A stretch of 64,000 nt of DNA, taken from assembly GCF_044704955.1 (NCBI RefSeq), contig NC_091999.1, positions 52,390,001 through 52,454,000 of the forward strand, read 5' to 3'. This stretch comes from Pristiophorus japonicus (taxonomy: Eukaryota). Under the pieces are notes generated by a model. It was not told the DNA's origin, ran no database searches, and saw only the letters and a list, made by a program, of their open reading frames with translations. Positions 62,350 through 64,000 of the stretch are shown piece by piece. The first letter of the stretch is position 1. Every line of letters begins with the position of its first letter. Position numbers and translations under genes: made by a program.

Positions 62350-62690
62350 ATGGCGAAATACCAACTCATGCTGGCCAGTCTCTGTGTCTCGTTATCTGTG
62401 ACCGTGCTACTCCATCCTCAAACACAGCATGGGATGGCTGTATAGGGTGGCGGTTAGCTAACACTGGTCGTATGCACGACAATGACTAACCTTCCTCCCA
62501 CTGCAGACCTAACTCGTTTAGCTCAATTTCTAAAAGCTAACACTGATCGTCATTTGACTCGTCGTGTTATTACTGATATTACTGCTTGTATGTATTCTTT
62601 GGTGTAGATTGCGTGTGTTGCTTGTGCCTACTCAACGTGTAACTGATGCATTACGCCTTTAACTTGATTATATCACTTAGAATGTCTAGA
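62350..62690 (+). pseudogene. Heavily deleted env-like remnant
   Basis: Acceptor cttcctcccgcag (62335), signal-peptide-like MAKYQLMLASLCVSLSVT, basic RHLTRR, hydrophobic tail; several stops. Confidence 0.45.
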
Positions 62691-62704
62691 TATCAAGGGT
62701 GGAT

Positions 62705-63216
62705 TGTATTTTATAGGGTTAGTCATATACGGTTAATTATGATATTTAGTCATCTTGTGTGTGTTTCTGCCCCAGGCCTCGTGGAATGTTATGCAGAGAA
62801 ACAGCGAGAGAGAGACCTTGAGGTCTCATGCTTTGTGGACGAGCACCTGGGGCCTTACAGATTAGGAGTTGGCCATAAGCCACATGCACCCATGTTTTGC
62901 TCAATAATATGTTATTTGATAGTATAAAGGTACAGCACTCTACCGTAGCTCTTCGAACTTCACCTTGGACCGTGATTCGCGAGCGGTGCCTGGGCCCCAA
63001 TGCTCCAGACCAGGTGTCCCTTGTGGAGTTCCAGACGGGCAGAAGACCGTGAGTGTTGTTGCATCTTATCATACTTCTCTTTTCTTCGTAAACTGTATTA
63101 CTAATGTTTCTTTTCTCTCAGTAAACGGCATTTTATTCTTTACTTCATTTGTCTTGTCTCTTAGTTAACATTCATCCAGATCCCGAACCTGGGTCTGTTA
63201 TTATTGATCCAAAACA
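62705..63216 (+). repeat. 3' LTR (512 bp), preceded by PPT aagggtgga
   Basis: About 50 substitutions versus the 5' LTR by eye (~10%). Confidence 0.95.
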
Positions 63217-64000
63217 GCGGGCGACAATCTAATCCTCCTCAGCGAAATTAACGCCAGAGTTGGAAAGGACACAGACCTCTGGGGATTTGTGTCCTGCAGA
63301 GAGGGAGTAGGGAAAACCAACTCCAACAGCACCCTCCTCCTGACGAAATGCTTGGAACATGGCCTTGTCATAACCAACATCTTATTCCATCAAAAAGACA
63401 AATATAAGACTTCATGGCAACACCCTCACTCCAAGCATTGGCATCTGTTAGACTATGTCATCGTCCGAGCAAGGGACCGCAAGTTCATGCGCATCACCCA
63501 CGGCATGACAGGAGCTGACGACGGCTGGACGGCCCACTTCTTAATCCGCTCTGTCATCACCATTAATGAAGCTCCATAATAGCAACGGCAACAGAAGCAA
63601 TGCGGCAGGAAAATCAACACTGGAGCACTCAAAGACCCGACTAAGAAAGTTCTATTCAGCCAGCGCCTCACTGCCAACCTGACGACTACCAGTGATCCAG
63701 AGGCACAGAATCTCCACAATGCCTGGTCTGCCCTCAAGGCCTCTATAATTAGCACCTGTGAAAAGACGCTCGGTCATTCGACCAGGAAATACCAAGACTG
63801 GTTGTACGAGAAAGATCAGAGATCCGGTAGCTAATAGCCGACAAGTTTAAGGCATTCTTGAACTCGAAATAGCAACACAACTCAAGAGCAAGAAAGCAAA
63901 TCTACTGACGTCTGAAGAAGAGGTCTGACAAAAAACTCGCGACCTAAAAACAGATGATGTGTGGAGAAATGCAGGAGATTTAGCAACTAGCCGACAACCA

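Larger units (their letters stand above)
58579..63216 (+). mobile_element. Endogenous retrovirus, class III (HERV-S/ERV-L-like), internally deleted, 4638 bp
   Basis: Two TG..CA LTRs, 5-bp TSD GCGGG (58574-58578 and 63217-63221), PBS, PPT, and gag/pol/env remnants. Confidence 0.95.
57870..64000 (+). mobile_element. RTE/BovB-type LINE 5' part (endonuclease), split by the ERV
   Basis: WNVRTLMDN..VAREL..ALSE before 58578; LILL..NARVGKD and WHLLDYVIV after 63217. Confidence 0.85.

Overview
Vertebrate genomic DNA, most likely from a shark or other cartilaginous fish (inferred from the CR1/L2/RTE LINE families, Deu-type SINEs and the GPR139-like and NLR gene families). More than half of the window is retroelement debris, and most ORFs in the supplied track are LINE fragments or minisatellite artefacts. 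1-18.7 kb: minus-strand antigen-receptor V segments with 23-bp-spacer RSSs. These are three TCR alpha/delta-like V genes (one with an intact V exon and a perfect RSS) plus decayed remnants. The most unusual structure is one TCR V cassette (promoter-leader-V-RSS, about 600 bp) enclosed by ~350-bp inverted repeats, which appears to split an older IgVH-like pseudogene. 19-21 kb: a 27-bp minisatellite. 24.4-30.1 kb: a NACHT-LRR (NLR) pseudogene. 36.8-46.1 kb: an intact two-exon GPR139-like GPCR. 55.1 kb: exon 1 of a second paralogue, whose intron holds an RTE LINE interrupted by a deleted class III (HERV-S/L-like) provirus. That provirus has a tRNA-Ser PBS, a 5-bp TSD, a U1 snRNA 5' fragment plus a hairpin in place of protease, and a 73-nt intron-like unit overlapping the candidate LTR poly(A) signal. 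All alignments were done by eye and repeat boundaries are approximate.
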